From Eledone cirrhosa (taxonomy: Eukaryota): a DNA stretch of 64,000 bases. Below, one piece after another: positions 38,214 to 50,334 of this stretch. Made by a program: the position numbers and the translations under genes. The first letter of the stretch is position 1. Each line of letters starts with the position of its first letter. The notes beneath the pieces are model-generated. The model did not search any database. It worked only from the letters and a program-made list of their open reading frames with translations, and was not told the DNA's origin. Where the stretch lies: assembly GCA_964016885.1 (NCBI GenBank), contig OZ024741.1:194122001-194186000 (forward strand), given 5' to 3'.

Positions 38214-38409
38214 CTGTCATTGTTGACAATGACAGAATTCATTGTCTGAATATCTTGTTTCTTTGATCTACAGTATCCCAGATCTCCTTTACTTAACGTC
38301 TGCTTTGGAACTCATCCTAACAAATGAAGGAGACAATGTTTTCATTGGTCTTTCCATTGCTGTTACTATCTTTGAGTTGCAACTTCTGATAGAAAGAGCA
38401 ACGTTAAAT

Positions 38410-38503
38410 AACGTGTCTTGCTCAAGGGCATAATGCATCGTTTAGTCAGGGAATCGAACTCACAACCTCATAATTGCGAATCCAATTCTCTAACCTCTAA
38501 GCC
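38410..38503 (-). mobile_element. tRNA-derived SINE family 2 head fragment
   Basis: Minus strand TGGCTTAGAGG (A box) and GAGTTCGATTCC (B box), homologous to 43289 and 49487. Confidence 0.6.
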
Positions 38504-38524
38504 ACGCATGTGTTGCATATAATA

Positions 38525-39225
38525 TAGTTAATACTATAGCGATACAGTACTTTCTTTTGAGAAACGTTAGTATACCATAGAGTGATAGTACCATACTATA
38601 GAGATACTACTGCACTATAAGGAGACCGTATTCTACTAGAGAGAGACACTAATGTACTACAGAGTGACACTAGTGTACAATAGAGACTACTGTACTCTAG
38701 AGAGAAACCAGTGTACAAAAGAAATACATTAGAGCACTATAGAGAGAAACAATTATACTATAGAGACACTATTCTATGATAGAATCACTAATGTACTATA
38801 GACACTAGTGTACTGTATAGATACTAATGTACTATAGAGCAGAGGTCCCCAACCACCGGGCCGTGGATCATTTGCTACCAGGCCACAAAGAAATAATTAA
38901 TTTGTTTAAAATTGTATAAATATATAAATTGAATATTGGTCTTTAATTTAAAAAGATTTGTTTAAATATTCATTATTCATCTACTTTAATAAATTGCCCT
39001 TTTTATTAAATAACACAGATGTGTAACTACCGATCCACAGAAAGATTGTCCAACATGAAGCCAGTCTGTGGTATAAAAAAGGTTGGAGACTACTGCTATA
39101 GCGAACACTAGTGTACTATAGACATGAGTGTAATGATAGAGGGACACTAATGTACTATAGAGCAATATTAGTTTAGTATATAGGGACACTACTCCACTTA
39201 TAAAAACAATAGTGTAGTGGAGAGG
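38525..39225. repeat. Degenerate ~20-bp tandem repeat (ACTAGTGTACTATAGAGAGAC-like), split by a MITE
   Basis: Recurrent ACTATAGAG and ACTAGTGT motifs on both sides of the MITE. Confidence 0.7.
38840..39095. mobile_element. hAT (Charlie-type) MITE
   Basis: Termini CAGAGGTCCCCAACC / GGTTGGAGACTACTG; 8-bp TSD CTATAGAG / CTATAGCG (one mismatch). Confidence 0.85.
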
Positions 39226-42200
39226 GGATTTGTCCAAATATCTTAATTATTATTAGTAGCATTAACACAGCAGGATTCAGAGTAGATGCTTTTATGGAAA
39301 CACGACATGCCTAATCATATATATGACACTATTAGCTTCTTTGTTTCAGTATCAAGTGAGTAAGCATTGCTGATGATGGATTAACAAACTTGCAATACAT
39401 GTATTCTGTGTTGTCACACAGTTACTGAGGTAGCTGTGACATCATCATAGCTTAAAATACTAACAGTGAGTCTATGTATGTTTATTATACATAAACATAT
39501 ATGCTTCATATACACATTTAATTTGAATCAAACTGTATTAGTTCTACTGCTAATTACTACTAGCCCACTTGCAGAGTATGCAAATAAGTCATCATCAGAA
39601 ATGTATTATATGCAAAGTCTATGCATAATCTATTAGCTTCTTTAGCTTAGAACCATGCAAGCATTGCTGATGATGGTCTTACAATACTGAACAACACACA
39701 TTCAGCATTCTCACACAGCTATTGAGTTAGCTACATGACCACAGCTTAAAATACAGTGAGTCTGTATGTATATTATACATATATATCGTATATGTTTCCA
39801 TGTACATCTCTAATCTTAATAGTTGTTGAAATGACCTGTTAGGCAGTCTTTTACTCCATTATGGATATATATGGCTTTATCTGCTTCTAGAACTTTTCCT
39901 CAAAATTATTTCCTTCCAAGGGTGAGGTAAATTATGTTTGTGTACTTGCACCTACATGTTTAGGTATTTCCCTTCCCTTTTGATCTTATTCACCTTCAGC
40001 ACTAACATGTCTTAACTTGAAAACCAAAGTATGTGAAGTTTTGATCAGAGAACTGTTATTTACTGTTAATACTACTCTGATTACTATTCTAAGATGAGTC
40101 TGCTGGAAGAAGTCTATATTGACATTCAACAGAAAGTTGAAAGAATATCAGATATGGTAGCTCAGTACATTATAGTACTTACTGAAAACTTGGCCATTAA
40201 ACACCCAACAGTAAATGTTATCTTAATACCCACTACCCACACACACTTTAGCTATATGAGGGCCAATCCCTATTTAACATCTATTTTCAATGGGTTAGAT
40301 GGACTGTGGCTAGACTGATCAGGTGGCGATGTTTTGTTTGTACACTCCATTTTGGCTTAGTTTCTACAGCTGGATACCCTTCCTAATGCCAACAACTCTA
40401 CAGTGTATATTGGGAACATTTATCATGGCGCTGGAAATACCACTTTACAGGATGGTTATAGCACCAGCAATACCACATCATAACACCAGCACTACCATTT
40501 TATAGAGTAGGGTGGGTGAATTTTATTGTTGCACCAGCACTACTTCATTACAACAGAAGGGTGCTTGGTGTGTCCTTGGTCAGGCTAGGGAGGTGGCCAT
40601 GCTAACACCTCAATATATAGGCCCTTCTTTATCACAGAGAGATATGTACTAGTTCAACTCTGTCAAAGAGATTGTACCATCAAATTGGAATGAATACTGT
40701 GTGATTTCAACTTGAATGCAGGTGCTATAAACAGTCTCAGGAAGTCAAAGATTTGTTTTATGGCTGACTGGTTACAGTTTAAAGATCTGTCATGGTTTCT
40801 ATGGCTGGATGCTTTTTATAACCTAAACCTCTTTATACAATACACTGAGTGCATTTTATTGTGCCACCAACACTAGAGAAGTTGCCTTGTCTCTTGCAAG
40901 ATTTGTCCTCTCTTTTCTATCAAAGTGAATGTGGTTGAGAGTGTGAATAGAAGGAAAGAGAAGGGATTATGACTATGAGTTTAATGGAGAAAACAAAGTG
41001 ATAGAATAGTAGAGGAAGGAATAATGAAAGATAGAGTAATATCTCTATGTTTGTTGTTGGTATTTGGTAGAAGGTTGAATAGGTAACAGCATGAGTAGTG
41101 TGATGAGATAACAATAAAGTCACAATGAGATAATAAAGACGAGTCATGGTAAGAGAGAGTGAGTGAGGGATAGCAACAGGGATGAGTGATAGTGAGAGTG
41201 GAAAATGTCAACTAAGAATACCATGGAAGAGAGAGAATGATGATGAGCAATCAGGATTGTTGCATATGGACAGATCGGGTGTCTTCTCTCATGTCCCTGA
41301 CATGACAAACTCTCTACCGCTGGTACCATGAAAAATGCACACAGTAGACTTACATTCAGTCAAGTGGTTAGCATCTAGCTGTAGAAAACTTGCAAACAAA
41401 GGGTTGAGAGGGATTTTCAGCTGTATCAAGTGCATGACACACTCCCTAGTGATAGAGTCACTTTGTAAACTGTAGGAATGTACATAAGTGAGCTGTGACC
41501 ACTGGCCTGTCTGTGAGGGCTGTGACACAGATTGAATGTATATGTGTACACACACACATATATAATATATAATAAAATGTTGTAGTTTGCTTGAAGCATT
41601 GTATATAATATATAACATGGAAAGAGATAGAAGGCTAAACAATGCAAAATGGACTGTAAGATGAGGTAACGAAAAGTAAGTTACCTGGTAATCTTTTTTT
41701 TTTGTTCTTTTTCCTGTCCAATATTTCAGGACCTAAAAATCCCATGTTCAGGGTTTAAGGAACTTTTAGTGGATAATGTTCCAATTTCCTCTCTTTGGGA
41801 TTAAATTTTGATTTAAATTTTCTTCTAAGTCGTTTTGAAGCATTTTTTTTAATGGTTATTACGCTTTTCACTGGAATGACATCCAGAAATTAAAAAAAAA
41901 ATTTTAATCAATTTTAATCTGAACAGGCTCCTATACTACATACATGTGGTCAGAATGTCTCAAGAAAGATTTGCTGGACAGATTTTATGGGTAAAAGCGA
42001 ATGGCAGGAGACCCAGGGGTAGATTCCAAGCAAGATAGTTCGATAACAGCCATGAGCTTGACTGGTCTCACTTGGGGATCCAGCTGGAAGGCATGCTTGA
42101 GGATCTGATCCTCCCAGAAATAAGTGAGCAAAGAAGACAGATATAGAAGGCAAAATTAATGAGAAATGATAAATAAAAAATGAAATTCATATTTTTTTTA

Positions 42201-42660
42201 TCAGTTAATTTAATCAATATCTTATATAACAATTCCTCATTAGACAAAATGACAATAGATTCCTTTGTCAACAATTTGGACACTTCCCACCCCCACCCCC
42301 ACCATTATCAGAGATTTAACAGACATTTGTTGACTATGAATTTGTTTAAAAAAAAAAGAAATAACAATAATAATGAGATAATAATCACATCTGGGTTATG
42401 AGAAAAGAGAAAACCCAACAAAAGACAGTTTAAATGATGAAATTCACCATATCATTATCAACTTTGACACCACTTTGGGGAGCCTTTATCATGATGATGG
42501 TAATAATAATAATAATAATAATAAAGAGTAAGCCACCATGTGAAGAATAGTGACAAGCTGACCTCTAACTACACTCTAACACCACTGACCAACACAACTG
42601 TCCCATATTGAAAATCCTACTCACTAATCATGTTTCCCAGTAAAACGAGATGTTAAAGTC

Positions 42661-42666
42661 TTTATT
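42661..42666 (-). promoter_or_regulatory. Candidate polyadenylation signal (AATAAA) of the V-ATPase C gene
   Basis: Minus-strand AATAAA about 200 nt downstream of the stop codon; use not verified. Confidence 0.4.
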
Positions 42667-42865
42667 GCATGCTCTCAGGAGGGAGAAGTGTGTATATTCT
42701 GCATACTGTGTATACATACACACACACACAAATACACACTGTTGTAGTGTGTTAACACACCATTTGATACACAGCAGAAATCAGTTAAATGTACATTCAC
42801 AGAGTTGTAAATGGAATGTTGTGAATGTTGTAGATATATTGATGTATTTTCTGGCACTAATTAAC

Positions 42866-42970
42866 TCAGAACCTTGCTGTGCTATCCAACATATCTAAGT
42901 TGATCTTGTAGAAGACATAGGCATAATATTCATATTGTCCCATGTTCAGTCCTGGTATATCCACTGCAGG
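42866..42970 (-). CDS. ATP6V1C1: V-ATPase subunit C terminal coding exon (PAVDIPGLNMGQYEYYAYVFYKINLDMLDSTARF*)
   Basis: Conserved C-terminal DIPGL...EYYxYVxYKI motif; tttgcag acceptor; TGA stop at 42868-42866. Confidence 0.95.
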   Translation of the reverse strand, partial: PAVDIPGLNMGQYEYYAYVFYKINLDMLDSTARF

Positions 42971-43288
42971 CTGCAAACAAAAACAAACATAGTTTAGGAA
43001 TAATTAGCAAAAAGAATGATTTATTTAACACAATTATGATTATGAGGATGGTGGCAACAGTAGTGATGATGATAATTAAACAAGAAGAAAAGGGACACAA
43101 GTTTTTTTTTGGAAAAAAAAGAAGAGATTAGATTCTGTCATTTTAGTTTGACTTCAACTTACATGAGAACTATGTTGTATATTCTCTTTCTATACATGTG
43201 CAGGTGTTTATTTAGTTTGACATGTGAAGAGCAGCATATAGAGTCAAATACATGTCTACCCAGAATTTAGATAGTTACAATCATTATA

Positions 43289-43610
43289 TGGCTTAGTGGT
43301 TAGAACATTGGCCTTGCAATCGAAAGATTGTGAGTTCAATTCTCAGACCGGGTGATGTGTTGTTTCCTTGAGCAAGACACTTTATTTCATATTGCTCCAG
43401 TTTACTCAGCTGTAGAAATGAGATAAGGGGTCCATATCATTCCACTGTAAAATGGTCGTGGAGGTGCCACGGCAAAAAAGCACCCAGCACTCACTGTAAA
43501 TGAGGTTGGTGTTAGGAAGAGCATCCAGTTGTAGAAATCAAGCCAGAATCAGTTCCCGTCCCACCCTTGCAAGCAGGGAAAAGCGGACGTAAAATGATGA
43601 TGATGATGAT
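43289..43610 (+). mobile_element. tRNA-derived SINE family 2 with RTE-derived tail and (GAT)n end
   Basis: A box TGGCTTAGTGG, B box GAGTTCAATTC; 3' part matches the RTE 3' UTR at 4461-4612; near-identical to 49487-49831. Confidence 0.88.
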
Positions 43611-43782
43611 TTCTCACAATACTTTGCTGCTCAGATCACTAGAATGCCTTACTAGTCATATTTCACACAAAGCAGCCTGAAGCTATCCCATTTAAAAAGA
43701 ATTTATATCGCTATTCTATCATTTCATGTAAATTAGTAGGCTGCTTGCCTTTATTATTTCATCATCTATTCTTTTGGTTGGA

Positions 43783-43968
43783 GGGCGGTGGATTGGCAGT
43801 ATTGGTTGAGGGTCGGATGCCATGCTTTGCAGTAAAGAGCTATGGCCCTTTATGGTCAGAGTTCAAATCCCGCCGAGGTTAACTTTGCCTTTCAGGGTCG
43901 ATAAAATAAAGTACCAGTAATACACTGGGATAATTGCTGGCCTTGTGCCAAAAGTAGAAACAATTATT
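43783..43968 (+). mobile_element. SINE family 1 copy
   Basis: GGCGGTGGATTGGCAG head, GAGTTCAAATCCCGCC B box and the shared tail. Confidence 0.8.
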
Positions 43969-43999
43969 TCATCATCTACGAAATGTACAGCTTCCACAT

Positions 44000-44040
44000 A
44001 TGTGCATGTGTGCGTGTGTGCATGTGTGTGTGTGTGTGTG

Positions 44041-44097
<57 letters not shown>
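44000..44097. repeat. (TG)n microsatellite
   Basis: Read directly. Confidence 0.95.
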
Positions 44098-44099
<2 letters not shown>

Positions 44100-45552
44100 A
44101 AAGAAGACATATTTCAATTAATTTAATCAGTTTCACAATTATAATTATAGAAGCATCAAATAGTTAGATCAGGTTATGAGGGTTACAGAAAGTGTGAGAG
44201 CTAAGTTGATTATGGACAGAATTAATCTTGACATGATGCAATTTAGCTTTATGCAGAGAAGCACTACTGATGGCATCTTTCTAGTGAGACAACTACAGGA
44301 AAAGTGCTTAGCTTAGAATAAGCTGCTATACTAAACATTTATTGATCTGGAAAACAACTTTGACAGAATCGCATGCTCTGCATTCTGGTGGGAATCCAAG
44401 AAGCTAGGGATTGGTGAATAGCTTGTGAGAGCTGTGCATTTGTATAGACATGTATACCATGATGATGACATATACATGGGGTGAGAAATAATAATGCTGA
44501 TAGCGTATCGTAAACCACATATAACTTTGTATAAATGTTTTTTTTTGTTTTATATATAAATAAAATTAAAATTTTAATATCACATTACAGTGACCAATGA
44601 AGATAACTGTGGAGATGACCAGACTATAGATGTCAGATTAATTCAAATTATAATATTATTAATATTCAGTTCACTCACGAATACATTTAGGTATCCACCA
44701 TATTAGAACAAAACAAATTTTGTTTTTAGTATTAAATATGATTATGGTAATGAAATGTTGAAAAGTATAATATCACTGTGAGACACTTCACTCACAATTA
44801 TCCAGTTTTTTTAATTATTTTCCCTGATGACTCACATACATAACTTAGCTAAAACTGGCTTTTCTCTTCAAGATAGGGAGTATTTCAGTTCCGATCAGTT
44901 ACAACCTGCATACAAAGCTCAAGATAAGGATTAAGTAGAGATAAATGTAAGGATCAGAAGGTAATTTGTTAAATCTAATATTATACTGAATAACAATTAA
45001 TGTAAATATTCAAATAAATCTATCAGAGTTGGCAAATTATGGCCCACAGGGTCAAATCCATCTAGAAGCCATGTTGCATCTTCACAGCACCACTGAAACT
45101 CTCCTTCATCTACCATCATACTACTCTCTCCCCTTCACTTGCAAGGTCATAATGGATACAACACCCTATTCACTGAGTCCACGCCAGCATAGAAAATAGA
45201 CATAAAATGATGATGATTCAATAAAATAGAAGTCAGTTTTTACAATCTTGATTATATCCTTTTGTTGTTAATAGAGGTAGTAACTCCCGAAACTTTTTCT
45301 AGCCAGTTTTTATTCTAGCTACTATGCTTTCACAGAAACATCCTCCACTACTAAGTAAGTCACTGAAGTAAAAGAAACTAATAACTACTTCTATGGTACC
45401 TTTCTGAAATTGGAAAAGGTTAAATTCAGTGCTGCTTTTACGATACAATATTTCTACATTTCTATAAAAGGCAAATCTATAGGAGAATCTTTTCTAAATA
45501 AATATATCAAGACAAATAAAAGGTGAAGAAGTGACAAAAACAAGTTACTTAC

Positions 45553-45679
45553 TTCATTACCAGCAAGTGCAGCACTATCAAGATGACTATAGTGTTTGTT
45601 TAATTCTTCTCTCAGGCGACGTTGTGATTTCTTGTGAGGATGTAGTAGCATGGCTTGAAAGTTGACTGGTAAGCCATAT
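45553..45679 (-). CDS. ATP6V1C1: V-ATPase subunit C exon (127 nt; [42 protein letters not shown])
   Basis: Hallmark [12 protein letters not shown]; ttccag acceptor, gtaagt donor; in frame. Confidence 0.97.
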
Positions 45680-46214
45680 CTGGAATGAAATTGGTTGAAT
45701 TACAGTAAAGATCGATTACAAAACATTGTGTTGTAAATACATTAAACAAGCACAGTTATATATCTATATTTACATTCACACATAAACATGTGTGTGTAAG
45801 TGTACATATGTATGCATGTGTGTATGTATGAATGCATGTATGTATGCGCGGGGGCATGGAAATACTCAGTTTGGTGTCTGCGTGCCCAGTTAGCCAACTG
45901 GGAGTGAGAAACCCTAATTCTTATTAGGATATCATTCTAGGAGTAGGAAAACTCTGAGTAGGAAAACCTGGAACTAGATGGCAGTCAGTGATGTTGACCT
46001 ATTCTTCTTTTAGATACCTGCACCATTATTCAGAGAGTGGGATTAGTCCAGTGAAAGGCCTTTCATAAAAAGCTTCAAGTACAGGCATCAATTGATCTAC
46101 CAACTTTCATGTGTGTTGTGAATCTAAGTCCTTGGCGAGCTAAAATGCCATGTTCGTGCCAACCATGTATGAAAATAAGGTCAAGGGATGGCAATTATTG
46201 TAACTGAGATAGAT

Positions 46215-46755
46215 ATATTTCTTTATTAGCCACAAGGGCGCACAAGAAAAGGGGACAAAACAAGGACACATGCCGGGTATTTAACATACAATCATGTAAA
46301 AATATGAAACAAACAAATATAACAATCGAAATCCCCAATAGGGGGGAGGCGCCACAAATGGGTTGTTTAATACCCTGTAGATAGAACAACCCTCAATTTC
46401 AGGAGCGTGTTGTGCAAGTGCACCTTTCTTCCTTTTGCTCTCTTCTTCAACCTACAGGTTTATATACAGAGAAGGCCCAATCACTCGGGCCATTTTTGCC
46501 ACATTCACCCACCTTTCAGTAAATTTACTGGGGTGCAGTGCCTCTTTCTCCACTCTGATTCTCCTTCTAAAGTGGTACCTAAAGAAGGGAATGAGTTGTT
46601 GTCCGGAGAGAAAGGCATCTGTCCTCAGTCCTCTCAATCTCATCCACCATATAACCTCTTTCACCATAGCCACCGTACAGAGGAAAACTGCCTCTCTTTC
46701 GTTTTAGAAAGAAGTTGGTGGTTTGATCCTTACTATGGACTCAGCAGCCAACTGG
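46215..46755 (-). mobile_element. L1/Tx1-like LINE 3' fragment
   Basis: C-terminal peptide AMVKEVIWWMRLRG...FFRYHFRRRIRVE...FTERWV resembles the Tx1 ORF2 end; 3' UTR ends in AATAAAG; flanked by GATAGAT. Confidence 0.65.
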
Positions 46756-46789
46756 TAGATAGATAGATGTACGTATGTATGTTCTTCTG

Positions 46790-47255
46790 GTTTTATAATT
46801 TCATAAATATTTACCAATAGAGAGAGTGAGTCGCTTTCTAACATAGACACATGACTCTTTCATTGGAATTTACACAACATCAACTAGGTAGTTATGTCTG
46901 CATGCATGTGTGTGCAGGTATGGATGTTATTGTACGTGTGGATGTGGATGTATGAGTTATATATGTATACGCTTTGTATCTGTACATGTGTAAATGCAGT
47001 TATTAGTTGCAGAATTTTTGGAATTTTTTACATATTTTTAATGGTTCCATTAATGGATTGAACTTGTAATTTTCTAACTAGTTGTGTTCTTTTTGTTTCT
47101 GTGAAGCCCAGCTTCTCAAGATTTGTACTGAGGCAGTTACTAACATATCCCAGTGCCCCAATAATCACAGGTATCAATCTGAAGGTATAGTCAGGGTGGA
47201 GTATCTGTAGATTTCTCATTAGTTCTGCATAGATATTCTCCTTTTTGCTAATCTT
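46790..47255 (-). mobile_element. R4/Dong-like non-LTR element 3' fragment
   Basis: KKENIYAEL...IPVIIGALG is typical of the restriction-like endonuclease C-terminus; 3' UTR follows. Confidence 0.6.
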
Positions 47256-47662
47256 TAATATATGTATGTATACATAATAAATTCCTCTTAATTGTTTAAA
47301 TACTAGTTTCTTGATATTGGCAAATGTTTCATCTTTATACATTTTTTACTAAAAACCTTCATATTTTTCAGTCTGACCTTGCCACTTCCCTATTTATCTC
47401 CTTTAATTTAACTTACAACATCACACAGCCTATATCACACATCACACCCTGCATTGAACTGAGACGACACATCCAACCCATACCAGAGTGGAAAGGAGAC
47501 ATAAAATGATGATGATGATGATGATGAGGATATATATATATATATATATCCTCATCACTTTAGCATCCACTTTTTCCATGCTTTCATGGGTGCAAACCAG
47601 ACATTGATGCAGAATTTCTATAGCTGAATGCTCTTCCTGAGCCTAACCCATACTTTACTTAA

Positions 47663-47891
47663 CCCTTTTGTTAAGTTATTTCTAATGAAATTCACTGTAT
47701 TTGAATTAGTTATTGAGGGATTTACTTAATTATTGAATTAATTATTTCATTATTAAGATGGTATTTGTAACATAATTTAACATAGTCGATACTATGTTGG
47801 AAGGTTTTAATTTACATAGAAAACTCTTTAAAATGGGTGGTTTTGTTTCATAGAACCAAAGGCAGTTTTGGCCAAGTTGGTATGAAAAGGG
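47663..47891. mobile_element. piggyBac-type MITE
   Basis: TTAA on both sides; termini CCCTTTT...AAAAGGG; related decayed copies start near 31612 and 57948. Confidence 0.7.
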
Positions 47892-48473
47892 TTAAGTAAG
47901 ATATATACATACAGCTAATGTTCATTGAACTGTTACACTACAAGATGGGTAATATATATACAATGTTACTGCTGGTGTTTTTATTAATCTTGTTTATATG
48001 ACATTTTGCAGAAACTGGCATTCATGCATACACATCCACACACTTATACAACAGTTTTCATCTATCATATTCACTTACAAAAAAGAAACTGCAGGATTTT
48101 ACTCATTTAAAGGCATCAATTGCAAAAGTTGAAGCTGCTAATAAAGTAAGTTATTTCTTAGTTTGCATGTTGTAAGAGGGGTCTAAAAGTGCTGGGCATC
48201 ACGAATAGTAAAACATTGACTCAAACCATTCTGTCCAACCCATGCTAGCATAGGTAAGTGGACATAAAAGTAATGATGATTAAAGCATTCATAAGCCTGG
48301 GACTATTGTAGAAGACATTTTCCCAACTTGCCACTCAGTGGGACTGAACTGAAAACCACACAGTTCCAAGATGAATTTATTAACCACAAAGCCATATATA
48401 TTCAAGAAAACAAACAGCAAAGTAATTCAACATTGATAAAATAAAATACAAAACTGAAATTATTTTTACAAAC

Positions 48474-48571
48474 CTTAAAACTGATTCAACAAAGACTCTT
48501 AAAGCCTTCACATGGATCCAAGCTGCAAAACACTCGCCAAAATTTATTTTCAACCATTTTACCAGTGGACC
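48474..48571 (-). CDS. ATP6V1C1: V-ATPase subunit C exon (98 nt; [33 protein letters not shown])
   Basis: Hallmark [16 protein letters not shown] (inside track ORF 48380..48586); tttgtcag acceptor, gtttgt donor. Confidence 0.97.
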
Positions 48572-49486
48572 CTGACAAAACAGCAATATAGAATGTAGAA
48601 TTTGCCATATAAGTTATAACCTAAGACACTAGTAACTGACTGATCTTTATGGTGACAGTGTATGTGCTAGCCTTACACTAGTGGTGGCAGTGATGTACTT
48701 GCTACCCACAACATGATGGTGTAGCTTCCAGCTATAAATAAATGAAGTACCTACAGTTGCAGTCATATTATTGCTATATCAACTAGTCATAAGGTGCAAT
48801 GTACCTCTCAGCCTTATATTGGTAGTATATCCAGTAACAATACAATAGTGCTGGTATACTCACCTTCTCTTCTTTTTTACCCACTGATTCCTGAGAGGGT
48901 CGTCGGGGCAGAGTCCTTAAACACTCCTTTTAGCAGGTCCTGTCAGAAGCAATCATCTCCAACTGACCTGGCTGGATCCCCAAGCGATACCAGCCAAGCT
49001 CATGGATGTTATCCAGCCATCTTGCTTGAGGTCTATCCCTGGTCTCTTGCTGGTTGATTTTTGCCCATAAAATCTGTCCATAAACCACTTTCCTATTCAC
49101 TGTGACCAGGACAGAGTTGTCGATCTGTAAGAATGAACCCTGCGAGTTGGAATTGCTCTTTCAGTACATCTTCATTGCTATCCTCCAGGGCAACACCTTT
49201 TCAATTCTGTCCACTGGGGCTATGAAATAACATCCACTTGAGCTTCTGCACATCAGAGAGGCAAAATGAGTGTACAAAAGAATGTGACAACTTTGTACTG
49301 GCTGGTTTGTATGATTAATGTCAGATACTGCATATATACATGTATACATAAAAATTTCTTATAGCACCTTTTAAGTATTGACTTGGACTTTGGTGACCTA
49401 TTTAACCCTTGCTAACAAGCAAAATAAATGTTAAACGGCGATGAGGATATATATATATATATATATATGGAGGTATATATATATGT

Positions 49487-49831
49487 GGAGGTACATGGCT
49501 TAGTGGTTAGAGCATTGGCCTTGCAATCGAAAGGTTGTGAGTTCAATTCTCAGACCGGGTGATGTGTTGTTTCCTTGAGCAAGACGCTTTATTTCACATT
49601 GCTCCAGTTTACTCAGCTGTAGAAATGAGATGATAGGGACTAGGGTCCATATCATTCCACTGCAAAGTGGTCGTGGAGGTGCCACGGCAAAAAAGCACCC
49701 AGCACTCACTGTAAATGAGGTTGGTGTTAGGAAGGGCATCTAGCTGTAGAAATCAAGCCAGAATCAGTTCCCATCCCACCCTTGTAAGCAGGGAAAAAGC
49801 GGACGTAAAATGAAATGATGATGATGATGAT
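49487..49831 (+). mobile_element. tRNA-derived SINE family 2 copy
   Basis: A and B boxes; near-identical to 43289-43610; (GAT)n tail. Confidence 0.88.
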
Positions 49832-50290
49832 ATATACTTCGTTTTTGAATTTGTTTTCCAAGATTTCTTATTTGAAAACGTGTGTTGAAACAGATATTGT
49901 TATACTTTGGCAGGGTCATGTTGCCAATAAAAACACCTACACCTGTTGGTTTTCATTTCAATTTATTTTAAATTTCCGGTCGGTCGGTTGGTTGGTTTGA
50001 TAACCGGATGATTGTTTATATATTATCAAAGCTCTTTTGCCACATATTCTGTGACCTCCTCAGTGACTAGGTTTTTATTTTGTGTCCTACACCATCTTGT
50101 TTTTGTGTGTTGTGTGCTTAGTTTGCACATGTGTTACATCTGGGTGTGTGTGTATGTGTGTGTTTATTTATTTAATACGTTATGTTTATAAATAAACATC
50201 TAGAAGAGATTAATCACCTCATTTACACAGACGAAAAAACTGTATATTTTCGCCTGTTTTCAAAGTCTGGCAGTTGCATGAGAGGGGGGG

Positions 50291-50334
50291 ATCGTCCTGA
50301 TGAGAACCAGTTGAGTTCAAAATGCATCGACGAT
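50291..50334 (+). ncRNA. Minimal type-I hammerhead ribozyme motif with G12->A (probably inactive; Penelope-like origin)
   Basis: Stem I ATCGTC/GACGAT, core CTGATGA, stem II GAAC/GTTC (7-nt loop), AAAA in place of GAAA, palindromic ATGCAT helix III, ATC cleavage triplet. Confidence 0.65.

Noticed and set aside
35506-38266. Long His/Asn/Gln/Thr-rich ORFs; CRISPR-like look
   Set aside because: Translations of a minisatellite in all frames; spacers are CAA tracts; no cas genes; eukaryotic context.
41680-41900. Exon-like segment with a minus-strand GTAACT donor downstream of the ATPase
   Set aside because: The frames I checked contain stops and give no recognisable peptide.
43289-43360. Possible tRNA gene (also near 49497)
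   Set aside because: A and B boxes are present but the cloverleaf is degenerate and continues into a SINE body.
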